Part shown: piece after piece, positions 15,111 through 29,100 of the stretch | Layout of the letters: each line of letters begins with the position of its first letter | How positions within the stretch are numbered: the stretch's first letter is position 1 | Assembly (NCBI RefSeq): GCF_009914755.1 | Contig: NC_060935.1 | DNA: 64,000 nt | DNA from: the human T2T-CHM13v2.0 reference genome, Homo sapiens | Strand: one strand, 5' to 3' | Program-made: the position numbers and the translations under genes | Notes under the pieces: model-generated | What the model saw: only the letters and a program-made list of their open reading frames with translations | What the model was told of the DNA's origin: nothing | Database searches by the model: none

Positions 15111-16573
15111 ATTTTCCTTGGGATCCGAAGGAAGAGTTGGAACTAAGTAGGTAAAGGATGACAGGAGAATTTAGAGGTGGAGAGAGGGAGAAGGGTTTTC
15201 CAAAAGAGGAAAGTAGGTGTATAAATGCCCTGCAGTAGAAGGAAACAAGGCTCACTTAAGAACTGCTGTGGTCAGAGCAGACAGAACACAGGCAGTATGG
15301 GGCCAGCCCATGCAAGATGTTGGAGACAATGTTAGAGATTTGGTTTTCTATTCTGAAAGCTCTGGAAAGTTGGGTTACAGGCCCCTATTTGTATTTTGAA
15401 AATACCTTTATGGGTAAAATAGAGTGTGGCAAGGATTAAATGATCTAACATTTAGAAAACAACTTGTATAAATCTAATAGATGCTTAACAAATCTCAATT
15501 TCTCATTTTTATCTCCTTTCTGTACCATGGGTATAAGGACTGTTGCTGGATTTCCGACAAAATTGCAACCAAATTTGCTTGCCCTTTATGGTTTTCAACT
15601 TTGGCTTTTCAAAGTTGGCTTTTTCAAATAGTGAAAGTCTTTCTACCCATATGCATACAAATATTAAGTGTATTATTTCTTTATTCTTGTTTTGCCCAAG
15701 ACTGTGAATATAATTTTTCAATCAGACACACAATAAAATTACCAAGATTCTGAGAATCATGTACACAACCAATTGGCAAGCACAGTCTTGGCAGCTTTTC
15801 TGCTGATTTGTGAAGTCTGCCCACTCTCCTTACTCTGAAGGATTCAGTATCAACCTCAAAATCATAACCCTCAGGACCCAGTGAATATCCTTAAGGCTCC
15901 TCTGCCAAGGCCATCTCACTAGCAGATTTAATGTCCAGCAGAAGCCTTCATACTTGTACCAAATAAAAAGCACAGGAAGCTGAATGTGGGGCAAGAGGCC
16001 TATGGGCTTGCAAGGAAAGGGTGGCTTCAGTTAACACCACGCATAAGCAATTCCCAGTTTCAGATGAGAAAGCAGAATGGCTTCTGGAATCAATTAAGAT
16101 GAAAATATCACCCTTTCCAGGATGTCTATGCTTCCAGCTAAAGTCCCCCCACCCTCCATGTCCAGTCACCATGTGTGCGGTACTGTGCTACGCAGCCTGA
16201 GACACAGCAAAGAACAGCAACAGGTCCTGCCCTCTGGTGCAGATGATTCAATGGGGAAGATGGTAGACATCTTTTGGGTGCTGGCATCTCAAACTGAGAG
16301 AACTTATAATCTATCTGGAGAGTTAAGATTTAAGTTCATAAAATAATTACATGCCAGTATGTAGGAGTCAATCCTTTGGCTCGCTCTGTGAATAACAGTC
16401 AGTGTGGTGTGTGGCTGCCAGCCTTGGCTGAGCTCCCTTGCCTGCCGCCATCTCCAGCCTCCTCCCAATACTTCGGGAGCCACTGGAGCCTGTTCTGGGC
16501 CCTGGTCCTGGGGCAGCAGATATTTAAACAGCTCCAGCTTCCCCTTCTAAGATGCTATTTCTGTCTTTCCTAA

Positions 16574-16750
16574 GCAGTTGTTCTTAGTTTTGGCTGCATA
16601 TTCGTGTTACTTGGGGAGCTTTTAAAAATTCTGACGCCTAGGCCATAATCTAGACCGATTTGTTCAGAATCTCTGGAGGTGAGACAGTCATTAGTATTTT
16701 TTTAAATTTCTCAAATGACTGTAAAGTGCAGTCAAAGCTGAGAATCAGTG
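16574..16750. mobile_element. MER5-type hAT DNA transposon
   Basis: CAGTTGTTCTTAG…GGGGAGCTTTTAAAAAT…CAGAATCTCTGG…GCTGAGAATCAGTG. Confidence 0.75.
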
Positions 16751-19700
16751 TCCTACAGTGGCTCTGTCCTCATAGACTATTTGATACTAAGGTCTATTTT
16801 CTGATCTAGACATCAGTCTTACCTGGAAGCCCTTAATGTTTCTGTTCACCTGTCTAGGAACTCAGCTCCTTTCTAGGTAATGGGTTAGGTAACCACGTCA
16901 GAAAATGGAAATACAGACTTTAGATTCATGCAGACCGCAGTTGCAACTCCTGCACTGGGTAGGCCTTGACTCAATTATGGGGCCTGTGAGCCTCAGTTTC
17001 ATAGTCCTCATTACAGAAAAGTCTATGAGGAAGGAGAAACGTTACATGGAGAGAAACGTCTAAATCTAGTATTGACAAGCAAGGGATGGAAAAATCAAAG
17101 ATAAAGAAAGTGCTGTGCTTGTCATCTGATTCTCCCAAAGCATAGAACCAGTCCGCTCTTCTTCCTCACAGTCTTGCATTAACAATTCCAATTAAACAGG
17201 GTCTGCAAAGAGAGGCCTGGGAGCTACATGCGTGCCCCTTGTTCCTGCAAAACCTAACTGGTGATACAGTGAATTCAATGGGTCTGACTGATGGCTTGTC
17301 TTTTGGGGAAAGAAAACCCAGGCCTGGAAACTGGAGCCCTGCTATCTTTCTCACCAGGTCATGAGAATGTCTAGCATCTCGAGTTCATGTCCCTGAACTT
17401 GTATTCCTTCGTCATAACATTCAGAGCAGCTGGACTATTCCCAGAGGCATGGCTTTGTCTGTGAGGTTTCAAAACACATTTCGAGAGAAAGATGCAGGGC
17501 TCGTACTCATTTATTTGTTTTCTTAAAGAAGCCCTTAACTTAAAAAAACCCGTTCTTAAAAACAGAGAAACAATCTCTTTTGCTGAAGAAAGGAGGTTAA
17601 CTAAATGTGTTTTGGTTTAGACCCTCCCCCTCCCCCGTGGGTAAAGGACACATTTCCTCCCACCAGGAACTAGTATACTTATACTGGTTACAACTCCCTT
17701 CATCACTTGGAGCCTGAGACACTGTATGAAGATAAAACTACTTGAAGTTTTACTCTCAGAGAAAACATATCAGCCAGTCTACACTGTCCTCCAATATTAA
17801 AGTCAGCTCTTACTGTCTTGGGTATCTTCTGTGTCTTGGTGTCCCATTGTTTGTTTCCAGAGTTCAAGAGTAGTCCTGAGGACACAAGCCAGGAGTATTT
17901 GAGGCTTTGAGCAAAGCAGCCATTCTTATCTAATGAGGCAGCTTACAGAACTTACCCTGCTAGCTGGGCTTACTACTACCCACCCGCTGCTGCCAGGCAC
18001 CTCACTAGCAGCTTAGATGGCTGAGAACTTGTGATTGAAATTGGATGTAAATAACAGTCTAAATGTGCACTGTTGAGGTTTAATTCTGCTATACCTGCAC
18101 CATGACAATGAGGTGGTATGAAGCATGCAGAAGAGGAAACTGAGTCTGAATAATGCCTACACAAGCACTTGTTTCAGAACTCTAGACCTGGAGGAACTTC
18201 AGAGGTTCTGCAGTGATTTACTTGCCACCAATAATAGAGATCTACATCCTCTATTGAATAGAGATCATCATCCCCTGATGAACCTTTTGTTGTTTTGATC
18301 TATTTTACATACAGTATATCCCCCCAAAAATGTTCTTTTGAAGAAGAGAGTTCAAGGTCATGCTAATAACATATGAGCTAAAGGTTTGAGTTACCTCTGT
18401 TATCAATAAAGGGAAAAAGCAAGCAGCAGAAGCATGGATTTCTGGTCATGAGGCCCTGACTGACAGCGCTTGGTTGAAGTATTTTCCAAATGCAGCTGGA
18501 CTTGGCAGGCTCCAACTCCAGTGACATATCTGGGGGCCTGAGCTGGACACCTGAGTGGGTTTGGTCTCCAGAGCCTCTCCTGTATCCTTCATGATGTTAT
18601 GGATTGTGCTGTCTCTGGGTTTCCATGAAACAGAGCACCGGGAATGTGTTCCTGGCCTTTTCTTTGCTGCAGAGTTTAAACAGCCACAAGTGCTTTACAC
18701 GCAAGCTTCCAAGCCCAAAAGCAACATTATAATTTTAGGTAAAAACCAAACCTCCTGCAGTGTTTGCCTCAAACAAGTCCAAATGCCAAGAGAAATCAAA
18801 AGGATGAAGCAGATTTGATCAAATCAGGCCTGTGGCCTGGAGACAACACACTCTTTGGCATCTTCTCGGAATACCAACACCCAGTGTCTCCTCAGAAGCT
18901 GTTGTTATTATTGAATGACCATGTTACTAAGTGTGAGTAGAACATTAGAAACCCGAGTCAGGACTTTCAAGGGCTGAGGCCAGTGCCTGTGCAGTGCCAC
19001 ACAGAGTATGCAGGCAGTGGGGAGGCAGTCAAAGTTTGAAAGGGAGCCACAGCTAATCAGGAGCCCCTGAGGAAACCTGGAAAGGAGCAGGGTGAGGGAG
19101 GGCAGGTGGTTAGATGGTGTTTGTGGAAGTCTCATTTCCGATGGAGGCGGCAGGGATGGCAGGAAGGACATAAATGGGGGAGGACTAGGATGGGAGGATC
19201 AACCGAGTCACAGATGAGCCCAGGTCTGGGGCCTGAGGCCCTGGGAAACAGGAGGTTGGAGGAACTGCTGGATTAGGGGAAGGATGCTATGTACCGAATT
19301 GCAGATGTTAGGTTGAACAAAATCCCTCTTAACAAGCAGTTACAAAATAGTGGTCATGGAGCTTGGCCTGAAGAGCTACAGCCAGTGAGTTCCAAAACTT
19401 GGACTGAACACAGGGATTTCCAATTCTGAAGCCCAGTGGTCACAGTCCCTGTGCTCTCCTGCCTCCCCCTTCTCTGCACATTAATGTCTTGGTGAGATGT
19501 AGCTCATTAGGAGGGATAGAAAAGTTACAGATCTAAGTTGGGATCTTCCAAATCTAAGGTCAGTCCACCTGCAAAACTGCCTGTAACTTGTAGGCAGTGA
19601 CAAGAATGTGAGAGAACTAGTGCCAAACTCATAAGAAAACCGTGGGCAATGAAGGGGTTTAGTGGTTCCCAAATCCAAACGCATATCAGAATCTCCTTGG

Positions 19701-19786
19701 TGAACTTAAAAAAAAAATTCCTTAGCTCCTTCTCAGACCTAATAGATCAGACTGTCTTGTTTATAAAAATCCTCAGGTAATTCTGA

Positions 19787-20226
<440 letters not shown>

Positions 20227-23193
20227 TGAAGAAGACCACAGATGAAGAAACTGAGGCTTAAAGAGGCTAAGTACCTTGTCCATGGCCACATAGTTTCTGT
20301 GATTCCAACTCTGACCTGCCTGACTCCAACAGCATAGTGGTGTGGACTGGATACTTCCAAAAGTGATGTGTTCAAGGGCTGCTGGGTGCAAGAGAGTGCA
20401 GCCTGAGCAGAGGGCCTCTGGGAGAGCAGCTTCACAGGGGCCTCACAGTTTGTGGGGAAGTAGTGGGGAACTGCCTGATCCGAGAGCCTAAATAGGGGAG
20501 TGAAGAAGGGAGACAAAATGGCCAAGGGGGGTGGGGTAGAGCAGGCTCTGTAAGCCAGGTATCTTGGACTCGCTTCCCTGTGCCTGCTTCTGCCTGTTCC
20601 TCACACTACAGCCAAGAAGTTGTATTCTTTTACTTTAGCAGGGTTTCCTGAAAAGAACATGGACTTGGGAATTAGTCCTCAGGATTCTAGTCCTGACTGT
20701 ATTGCTGAAGACCCTGCCTCCCTCAGACATTAATCTCTATGTCTGCAAAATGAGGAATGGCCCTGGACATCATCCTCAGGCCCCTCCAGCACTGCATACA
20801 CTGATTCTCTGGCCATATGTTGGAGAACCTGCCACATGTGTGACAGCCTGCGCTGTGAAGGAGGGGACAGAGGAGGCCACAGGGGCAGAACTGCACTCCA
20901 GAGACCTTGGGTGGGCCCAGGTGCAGTGAGTGATACTGAAGGCCAGTGGTTTCCTTCAGGGCAACCCAGGTGCTCTGCAGTCACACGAATCTCTCCTGGG
21001 CACTGGTCCTCCATGGGAGCCCCAGGCCCTGGGGCAGGGCTATATGGACAGGAAACACAACGGTGAGGAAGGGCTTTCAGAATCCACATCCTTCAGTCCT
21101 CATGCATGAGTCAGCCACCACAGCTGGATGGCAGCACTTAGTCACTCTCCGCCTGAGCACTGCACGGCCCCTGTGCCCAGGGACACAGAGTCAGGATGTT
21201 GAGGGTTCCCACAGAAAACTGCTGTGAGTCCGATATGCATGTCAGTAATGACCACTGAGTCACCATCCAGCATTGTGTGGCCAGGCTGAGGATTTGGTTG
21301 CTTATTCTCTGGTCACAGAAACTCATCTCTGTAAAGTCCAAGGCCACATTACAGTCTCCAAGCAGCTCATTGACCCACAAGAGAGATGTGACCAAGGACA
21401 TAAGCACAGTGACAGACTGACATTTAGTCACTTACTATTTGCTAGGTACTTTCCTGGGCTTTGTGTGTTTTGATTTATTAACTCTCATACAGCCACATGA
21501 GGGGTGCTATTATTAACCCTATTTTGTAGATCAGGAAACTGAGCACAACATGCTTACATAATTGGTCCAAGGTGCCACAGTCTGGGGAGGCAAAGTCAGA
21601 ATCTGAACCCAGGTAATGCTGGTTCTAGAGCCCGTGCTGTTAAATGCCACATTCCACTGAGCACATTAAAATAGCTGGAAAGTAAGGGCATGGAGGAGAA
21701 ATGTAATAAGAGAAATGAAAAGGTGCTAGACAGGACGCTTAGGGACATTGAGACTTGATTGGTATGAGAAGGGTGGTTGTGAGGGAGAGGAAGGTACTCT
21801 CATGGGCGTCTTGGCTGCAAATCCAGGTTGCTCTCAAACCCAAATGCATGCTGTTCTACAGGCCAGAGGGCAACAGAGGACCGTGCTAGAGGGGCCCAGA
21901 AGAGGAGAGGAGTCTGTCCATCAGATGCAATCATGAAGGACTTCACAGACAGAAGCATCTACCATGGACCTCATGGGGTCATTTGGGGAGGTTACATGTC
22001 CACCATCTAGAGGGGAAACCTGGGCTCAACGCAGTTAAATGACAGGCCCACCATCAGTGGCAGAGCTGAGATGAGAGTAGGGCCACTGGCTCACAGCCCC
22101 ATGCTGATTCTGCCATGACGGTGCCTTTGGAGTCCAGATAGGAGGAAAGAAAAGGAACCAGAATTTCCTTCCTGCACTTATTCTCCCTTAACCTTGATAT
22201 GTTCCATTAATTCAGTCCCCAAATCCCTCCCAAAATACACCCCTCTCCTTCCATTCCTACGAACAGCCATTTTGGGCATGAGGAAGGGAAGGAGGAAGAA
22301 AAAAAGGAGAAGGAAGAGTAGAGGGAGGAGAGATTGGGAAACCTGAGAGGGGTGTTCAGGGATGCCTCCATCTGGTCAGTCAGAAGTGGGGGCCCTGATT
22401 TAAATCCCCCTCCCAAATGAACTGGGTTGTATGGAGCCAGAGCTTGGGTTCATGTCTCTACATGGGTACCACAGTCATCCCCACCAGGACTGTCTTCTCC
22501 TTAGACTGCTATGATGTTCCCAACCTCCCTCCTGACATCCTGATTGTGAGTAGCATGTCAGCTAATGGTCAGCATGCCCGTGGGACAGCTTTTTAAACTC
22601 TAGACTTCCCAGTTTTCTTAGCTCATAATCAGATCATGAGACTGTCTTTCTTACTGTCGCTCAGCTTACCTGTGTCTCAGCAAAGTCGTGGACTTTGGTT
22701 TGAAATAAATTATCATGCTGCCAAAAGAAAATTATCCAAAAAACAAAGAATGACTGGTAGCATTTTAGTCCCATACCTGGGGTATTGTCTACTATGCATG
22801 AAGGCTCAAGTTAGAGACAGGATCACATTCACATGCTAGTAAATGGTTCTGGGTCTTTTGTGTTTTTTTTGTTTGTTTTGTGTTTCATTCTGAAAATAAA
22901 ACATCATAGATAGCAGCTGGTTTGTCCATTGTCTTCTTTCTTGGAAATCTTATGGAAGGTTCCTTTGAACACTATCCTTGGCTTCTCTGTTAGGACAAAC
23001 TGAAACTGTGATTGATAACAAACCATAGAAGTTAATTTAAACAGGATTATCCATTTTAATTGACTTGTAATCGTGAGAATAACAACAACAACAACAAAAA
23101 ACCCAGAACCTCTAAATGGTAATTCTTGAGGGGTGAAATTGTATCTTTGCTCCGTTCTGGATGTTACCAGGCACCGTTAAAAAATTAGGAACA

Positions 23194-23385
23194 GGCTAGA
23201 CACGCTGGTTCACACCTGTAATCCCAGAACTTTGGGAGGCCAAGGCAGATGGACCGTTTGAGCCCAGGAGTTCCAGACCAGCCTGGGCAACATGATGAAA
23301 TCCCTACAAAAATTAGCCAGGCGTGGTAGTGCACACCTGTAGTCACAGCTACTCAGGAGGCTGAAGTGGGAGGATCACTTGAGCC
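23194..23385 (+). mobile_element. 3'-truncated AluJ-like element
   Basis: Left arm plus half of the right arm, ending at CTTGAGCC with no tail. Confidence 0.85.
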
Positions 23386-23975
23386 TTGGCCCTGTAAGAA
23401 GAGGATTGGGTGATTGGCTCTATAAGAACAGGGAGGGACATCAAAGCTTTCTCTCTCCACCTGCATACACTGAGGAAGGGCCACGTGAGGACGCCGTGAG
23501 AATGTGGCTGTCTGCAAGCCAGGGAGAGGGCCCTCACCAGAAACCATGATGGTACCCCAATCCTAGACTTCCAGCCTCCAGAACTGTGAGAATAAGCCAC
23601 ACAGTCTATGGTATTTTGTTATGATAGCCTGCTGTGGTTTGAATGTGTCCTCCAAATTTCATGTATTGGAAACTAACTTACTCTCCATTGTAATGGTATT
23701 AAGAGGTGGGACCATTAAGAGATGATGAGAGCCCTCAAGAATAGATTAAAGCCATTATCTTGGGTGTGGGTTAGTTATCTCAGGAGTAGGTTTCTAAAAA
23801 AAGGATGAGTTCTACTTTATTTCCTGTCTCTGTCTTGCAGGCTTGCTGTTGCCAGATTCCAGAACCATGTTCTTGGACTTCCCAGCTCCAGAGCTGTGAG
23901 GAAATAACTTTTTTTCCTTTCTAAATTACCTGGTCTGTGATATTCTGTTACAGCAGCAACAAATGGACTAACACA
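23386..23975 (+). mobile_element. 5'-truncated MLT1A/B LTR followed by a nested MST LTR (~23630-23975)
   Basis: GCAAGCCAGGGAGAGGGCCCTCACCAGAA…GACTTCCAGCCTCCAGAACTGTGAG, then a new LTR start TGCTGTGGTTTGAATGTGTCC…AAATGGACTAACACA. Confidence 0.8.
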
Positions 23976-25359
23976 GCCTATGTCATTTCCCAGAACAACT
24001 CAGTGATGTTGATACTCATCTTGCAGACAAGGAAACAGACTTAGGGAAGTTGAGAGATAAGCACAGTCTGGTCAAATGGCAGAGCCAGAACTGGACTCCT
24101 GGTCTTTTGGCTTGATAATTTCTTTCCCTAGTTCTTCTGGGGCTGCTTTGTTTAACCTAGTCCCCGTATCCTGGGAAGCTTTGGGCTAAAGCTCACACAT
24201 TTTCAGGTAGAGATGGTAGAGATCATTTACCAGCCTACAAGGGTCCTAGAAAGAAACCTGGGTGCTATGGAAGCCTGAAGCTTCTGAGGGGTTGTAGGAA
24301 TTGGAGGCAATTCAGTGTAGTGGTAAATGTGTTGGGGGCAGGGCGGGGTATGTCTGGTTTGAGACTTTCTGGGTTAAATCCTCTGTGAGAGCTTAGGGAT
24401 GCCTATTACATTCTCTGAACCCAGTTTTTCTTTCTTTTTTTTTTTGTTTGTTTGTTTTAATCTATATGAGACTAACTAAGGTATTTGCCCCTTGGAGCTT
24501 TTATAGAGTCTTTAAAATGAGATAATGTCTGTGAAATGCTTTTAGGACACTGCCTGGCATAAACACTCATGAAGAGAGGGAGTGAGGTCATGGCCAGGAC
24601 TGAAGAGTAGTGGCTGAGCACTGCCCAACCACTGCAACCAACACTGGTTCAGGAGAAGCATCCCTTGGTGCACCTCCAGAGTGACAACATTCCCTATGCC
24701 CAGACACACATGACAGCCTGCAGGGCATGCATAGCCCTCATTCCTGACTTACTCCTCTAACAACCTGGTGATGTTTCAGATGGAGAAAGTGAGATCTGGA
24801 GAGGACAAAGCAGTCCAGTAGAACATGCACAAGTTTTGGAATCGGAGCTGCATTTGTACTCTGGCTTTTCTATTTGCTGTGTGTGATCTTGAACAAGTTA
24901 CTTAACTTCTCAAATCTTCAGTTTCTTCATCCTGAAAATACAGAGTTGATAAATGATTATCTAAAAGGGTGTTATGGGAATTAAATGAGCAAGATACATG
25001 AAGGTGTTCCTAAGAAGGTTAGTTTCTGTTTCTCCTTAAGTGCTTTGCTTATAGTTACACAGCAGCTGGTAAGTAGCAGAGTAGGGTCTAAAAGCTAAGC
25101 TTTAGGATGCTGTGAGGCCAGAGGAGTAGAATTACAGAGAAAGTGAGAAGCCAAAGATCTGGACAAGTGCGTTAAGAATCTGTTTGCCTGCCATCATTCT
25201 TGAATCAATGTAAAAAGTAAAAGAAGCAAAAAATGGCGAAAAAAATGAGCAAATCAGTAATGGTGCCTGTATCCAGAATCCCCAATTGGTTTCAAGACTA
25301 ACAGTGTGTGGGTCTTATACGTAACTAATATCTATACACGTACATTCAGGGAGTCTCCA

Positions 25360-26010
25360 TTAACTCATTCAGTTAACAAATACTATGAAGCATCTGCCAT
25401 GTGTGTGAAGCACCAAGCCAGGCTCTTAGGGTTACAAAAACTGACAGAACAATCACGGTCCTTGGGAGATCCTATTATAGTACTGAAGGTAATACGTAAA
25501 CAACAACAACAACAAGAAGCACAAAAAAAAAAAAAAAGCAAAACTCATTACAGCAGTGTGATAAGTGCCATGGCAGTGGAATAAACACCCAGACACAATG
25601 AGAAAGCCCATATTTGGTCTAGAGCTGTCAGGGAAGATTTCCATGGGAAGTGATGTTAGAGCCAGCAGGGCTAAGAGAAGCAAGGGAGTAGGCAGCACAA
25701 AGATGTGGAACAAGAGAGCCTGGTGTGCACTTAGGAGCAGTGAGTCTTGTGTAGCACGCACAGCACAGACTAGGGAGTAGGGATGATGAGGCTCGATTGA
25801 GACACCCCTCGAGAAGGGCCTTGTGCATTGTGCTAAGGAGTTTAACTTTGTGCTGTAGGTGGGAGGAAGCACAGGAAACTTTTTAAGAAGGGGAGTTCAT
25901 GTATTACCAATTTCATCTGGTAGAGGTTGATGAAGAAGTTGAACTGGGAGTAGGAGAAATTGGAGATAAGGAAAATGGAGATACGGAGACCATAGAAATG
26001 TCCAGATGAC
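25360..26010 (-). mobile_element. L2 fragment
   Basis: CATTCAG…AACAAATAC, …GGGCCTTGTGCATTGTGCTAAGGAGTTTAACTTT… typical of reverse L2. Confidence 0.65.
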
Positions 26011-26136
26011 ATCCTGAACTCTGCACACACAGAAAAATAGTCACTGATGATTACAGGGCACAGGCTTGATATGTAGAAATAATGTATCTATGAATTTGTG
26101 CAAATATATGAATATATATGTGCAGACATGCTCATG

Positions 26137-26138
<2 letters not shown>

Positions 26139-26172
<34 letters not shown>
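26139..26172 (+). repeat. (CA)n microsatellite, ~17 units
   Basis: Direct. Confidence 0.95.
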
Positions 26173-26174
<2 letters not shown>

Positions 26175-29100
26175 AGGAAGCAGGTTCTGTCTTTACTATG
26201 GCACCTGGGTATGAAACTCACATGGCTCCCAGCTTCCCACAGGAGCCCCCCAGGCCTGGCTGTGCCTCCCCACATGCTGTCTTAGAAATGGTGTACCTCT
26301 GACTTTTCTGTTGTGGTAAACCCAAGTGGCTTTTCATTTCCAGGCTAACCTCAAAGCTAGAGTTTGAGGTGATTAAATACTGCCTGTGAGGTTGTGGTAC
26401 TGGAAACTTCCTCCTAAATGATGTAAGTACAGGGAGTGCAGCATGCCTGGGTACACACACAGCACATCCAGGGCTGTGCAGTGCAAGAGCAGCACAGCTG
26501 CATTCATTTCTGTAATCAGACCTTTAAATTAACATAGCAATTACAGCCACAGGAAAAGGAAATCAGCATTTACTATTGATTTTTCATATACAAATGCAAA
26601 AAAAAATCACAACCACAGCACACAAATAAATAAGTAGAACTTAATGTGTCTTTGTTAAAATAAAAGCTTTTGCTCAAAAAAGGACGAAAACTCATGTGAA
26701 GTGTAGGCTAAGGGTGGATGACACATTATCTTTCAAGTTTTTAGAACTCTTACTAATATGATATCATTGCTAGTAAAGGGTAAGGGAGCTTAAACTAGCA
26801 TTTACTGGGGGCCTACAATGTGTCAGATATTGTGTTAAACAAGCACTTTAAATAGCTATAATATCTCTTTTAATCCTCAAAACAACCTTAGGAGGTTAGA
26901 ACTGTTATCCTCTTTCTACAGATAGCAAACTTCAGGGAAGATAGATCAAGTAACCTTCCCAAGATCACACTGCTAGTAAGTGGCAGGGTCAGGATGTAAA
27001 TCCATGTCCCTTGAATTCCTAAGCCTGAGCTCCTTCCACTTTACTCCCCCGACTTGCCTCCTCATCAAAATGTGAACCACTGTACTTCCAAACCTGTCTG
27101 GAAAGCCCCACCAGAAATCACTGTCATCATGCCCATTCTATCTCTAGAGAATGTTAGATTGGAAGGAGCCTTGGGTTATCAACTACAATACCCCAAAAAT
27201 AGAAGTTTGCAGGTAACACAGCAGAGCCTCTCACTCTATATTAATGTCTTCTCTCTCCGTGGCAAATGTTCTTATTACTACATCTGTCTGAGATCTCCTG
27301 TCTTAGGAATTAATGGTTCCCCACAAAAGTTTGCTGTTATTATTGTTGTTTTAATCACAAGATTTATATTCTTGCCTGTCTGAAAAGGAGCTGGAGGAGT
27401 AATGCCTTTTCCTTTAGCAGATTTATTCAATGGAAATGCATGAGCTGAGTCTCCCTAATGTACATAATGTGTTTCCACAAGATCCTATAAAAGAATGAAT
27501 AAGAAGTGAGTCAATCACAGCAAAATGGTTGTATTTACAATTAGTGCTCAGTTTCTTGAAACACAAACCTCCTACCCAAATATTCATCCAAAGGATAAAC
27601 ATCTCCCCCACACATTGCCATAACCAGTTCCTCCTGGCACAAAAACATACATCTAAGCATCCGTATCCAGGATATAAAATGATGCCTTCCAAAGCAAGGG
27701 TTCAGAGGATACCCTTGTGTGGTGGTGCCTCTCCTAGAATCCTGGATCTGAGCTTTCTATTGGGTCTGGATTCAAAGCTAATTCTCTCTCAGATGAGAAA
27801 ATCACTCATAAACTCAGTTGTGTTGATCTTGATGATATCTGGAGCAGACATGCCTCCTATTTTCTACAAACTGAGATGCTAAATGGAGTAAAAATGAAGC
27901 CCCACATTAAAGCAGAAAACTTCAAGGTAAAAGAAACCTGAATATCCTTTCAAATTAGGCTATAAACATAGTTTTGCTTTCAGGGTTACGTGGTTGAAAG
28001 TCTCTAAGAAGGGCAGATAATTGGGACACAGTCTTCCAACTACGTTTCGCATGAGTGGGTGATTGGGGGCAGGATGTATGAGACAATTGAGTGAGCAGAG
28101 CTGATGGGAATCAAAGCCCACCTCTGGGCATGTGATCTCAACATCTTCTATTGGGCAGAGAGTGGAGGTGAGACCAGAATTCACCTTCGGCCTCAAGGCA
28201 AACTTTAGCCACTCTACAGCTAAGGTGCTTCTGCCCCAGCTTCTACCATTCTCCTATTAGTAAGCAGGGGGTACAATTAAATAACCATTTGAGAGATCCC
28301 TGATATAGGAAGCGGAGACAACAAAAATAAGACTGCATGACAATATTTTGGTGCTTAAGCCAAACTCCTGCAAGGCCATCTTCTGGTACATAGGATGCTG
28401 CAATCAGAGAGTTCAAGCTTGGTGAAGATCCACAGAACACGTTAGCTTCTAGCACAAAAGGCAAGCAAAGTATTGAAAGAAGGAGAATATGGGGCTTTCC
28501 AAGGCTAGGCAGCCTCTGACTTTTATTTCTATGGACCTCAGTGACCCTGAAGTGCTTCAAGCTGTAGCTGCACAGGGTGACTATCATGGTCTGTAAAGGT
28601 AAGTGGCTGTGGTCCCAATATTTGAACAACAGCTTTAGCCATGACTAACACATGCTCAGAACCCCACCTGGGGCCACAGATTTTCACACTGACTGGACAG
28701 GCCTTAGCCATCTGGCCTGGTTGTTTTCTTAAGGAGCTGCCTTATCTCTTTAAGAGGTGTCAAGATGCACCTAAACAATAATGCCCAATGGATATTCAGC
28801 AGTCACTCATTCTGATCCTGAGCTATCTCACTTTGCCTCTTGCAGATCTTGATCCTCATTCTTCTCTCTCATCACCTCTCTTCCTATCTGCCATGTTATA
28901 CCTTCAGTTATGCTCTCCATGATACAGTATCCAACTCCTGGCCTCTCCCAATGGCCCACCTCTCCATTCAGTTTCTTTTCTCTCCTCCCCAATTCAGTGT
29001 TTCCCCATTGATATACACAGGAGACTTACCTCTATCTCAGCCCAGCTCCCAGGATCTCATCTCCAGGATATTGCCCTTTCCCCATCTCCCCAGAGGGAAA

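Noticed and set aside
26330-26640. Non-repetitive AT-rich blocks resembling enhancers (also ~8400-8950, ~47180-47450, ~51400-51800)
   Set aside because: Cannot be supported without conservation or chromatin data.
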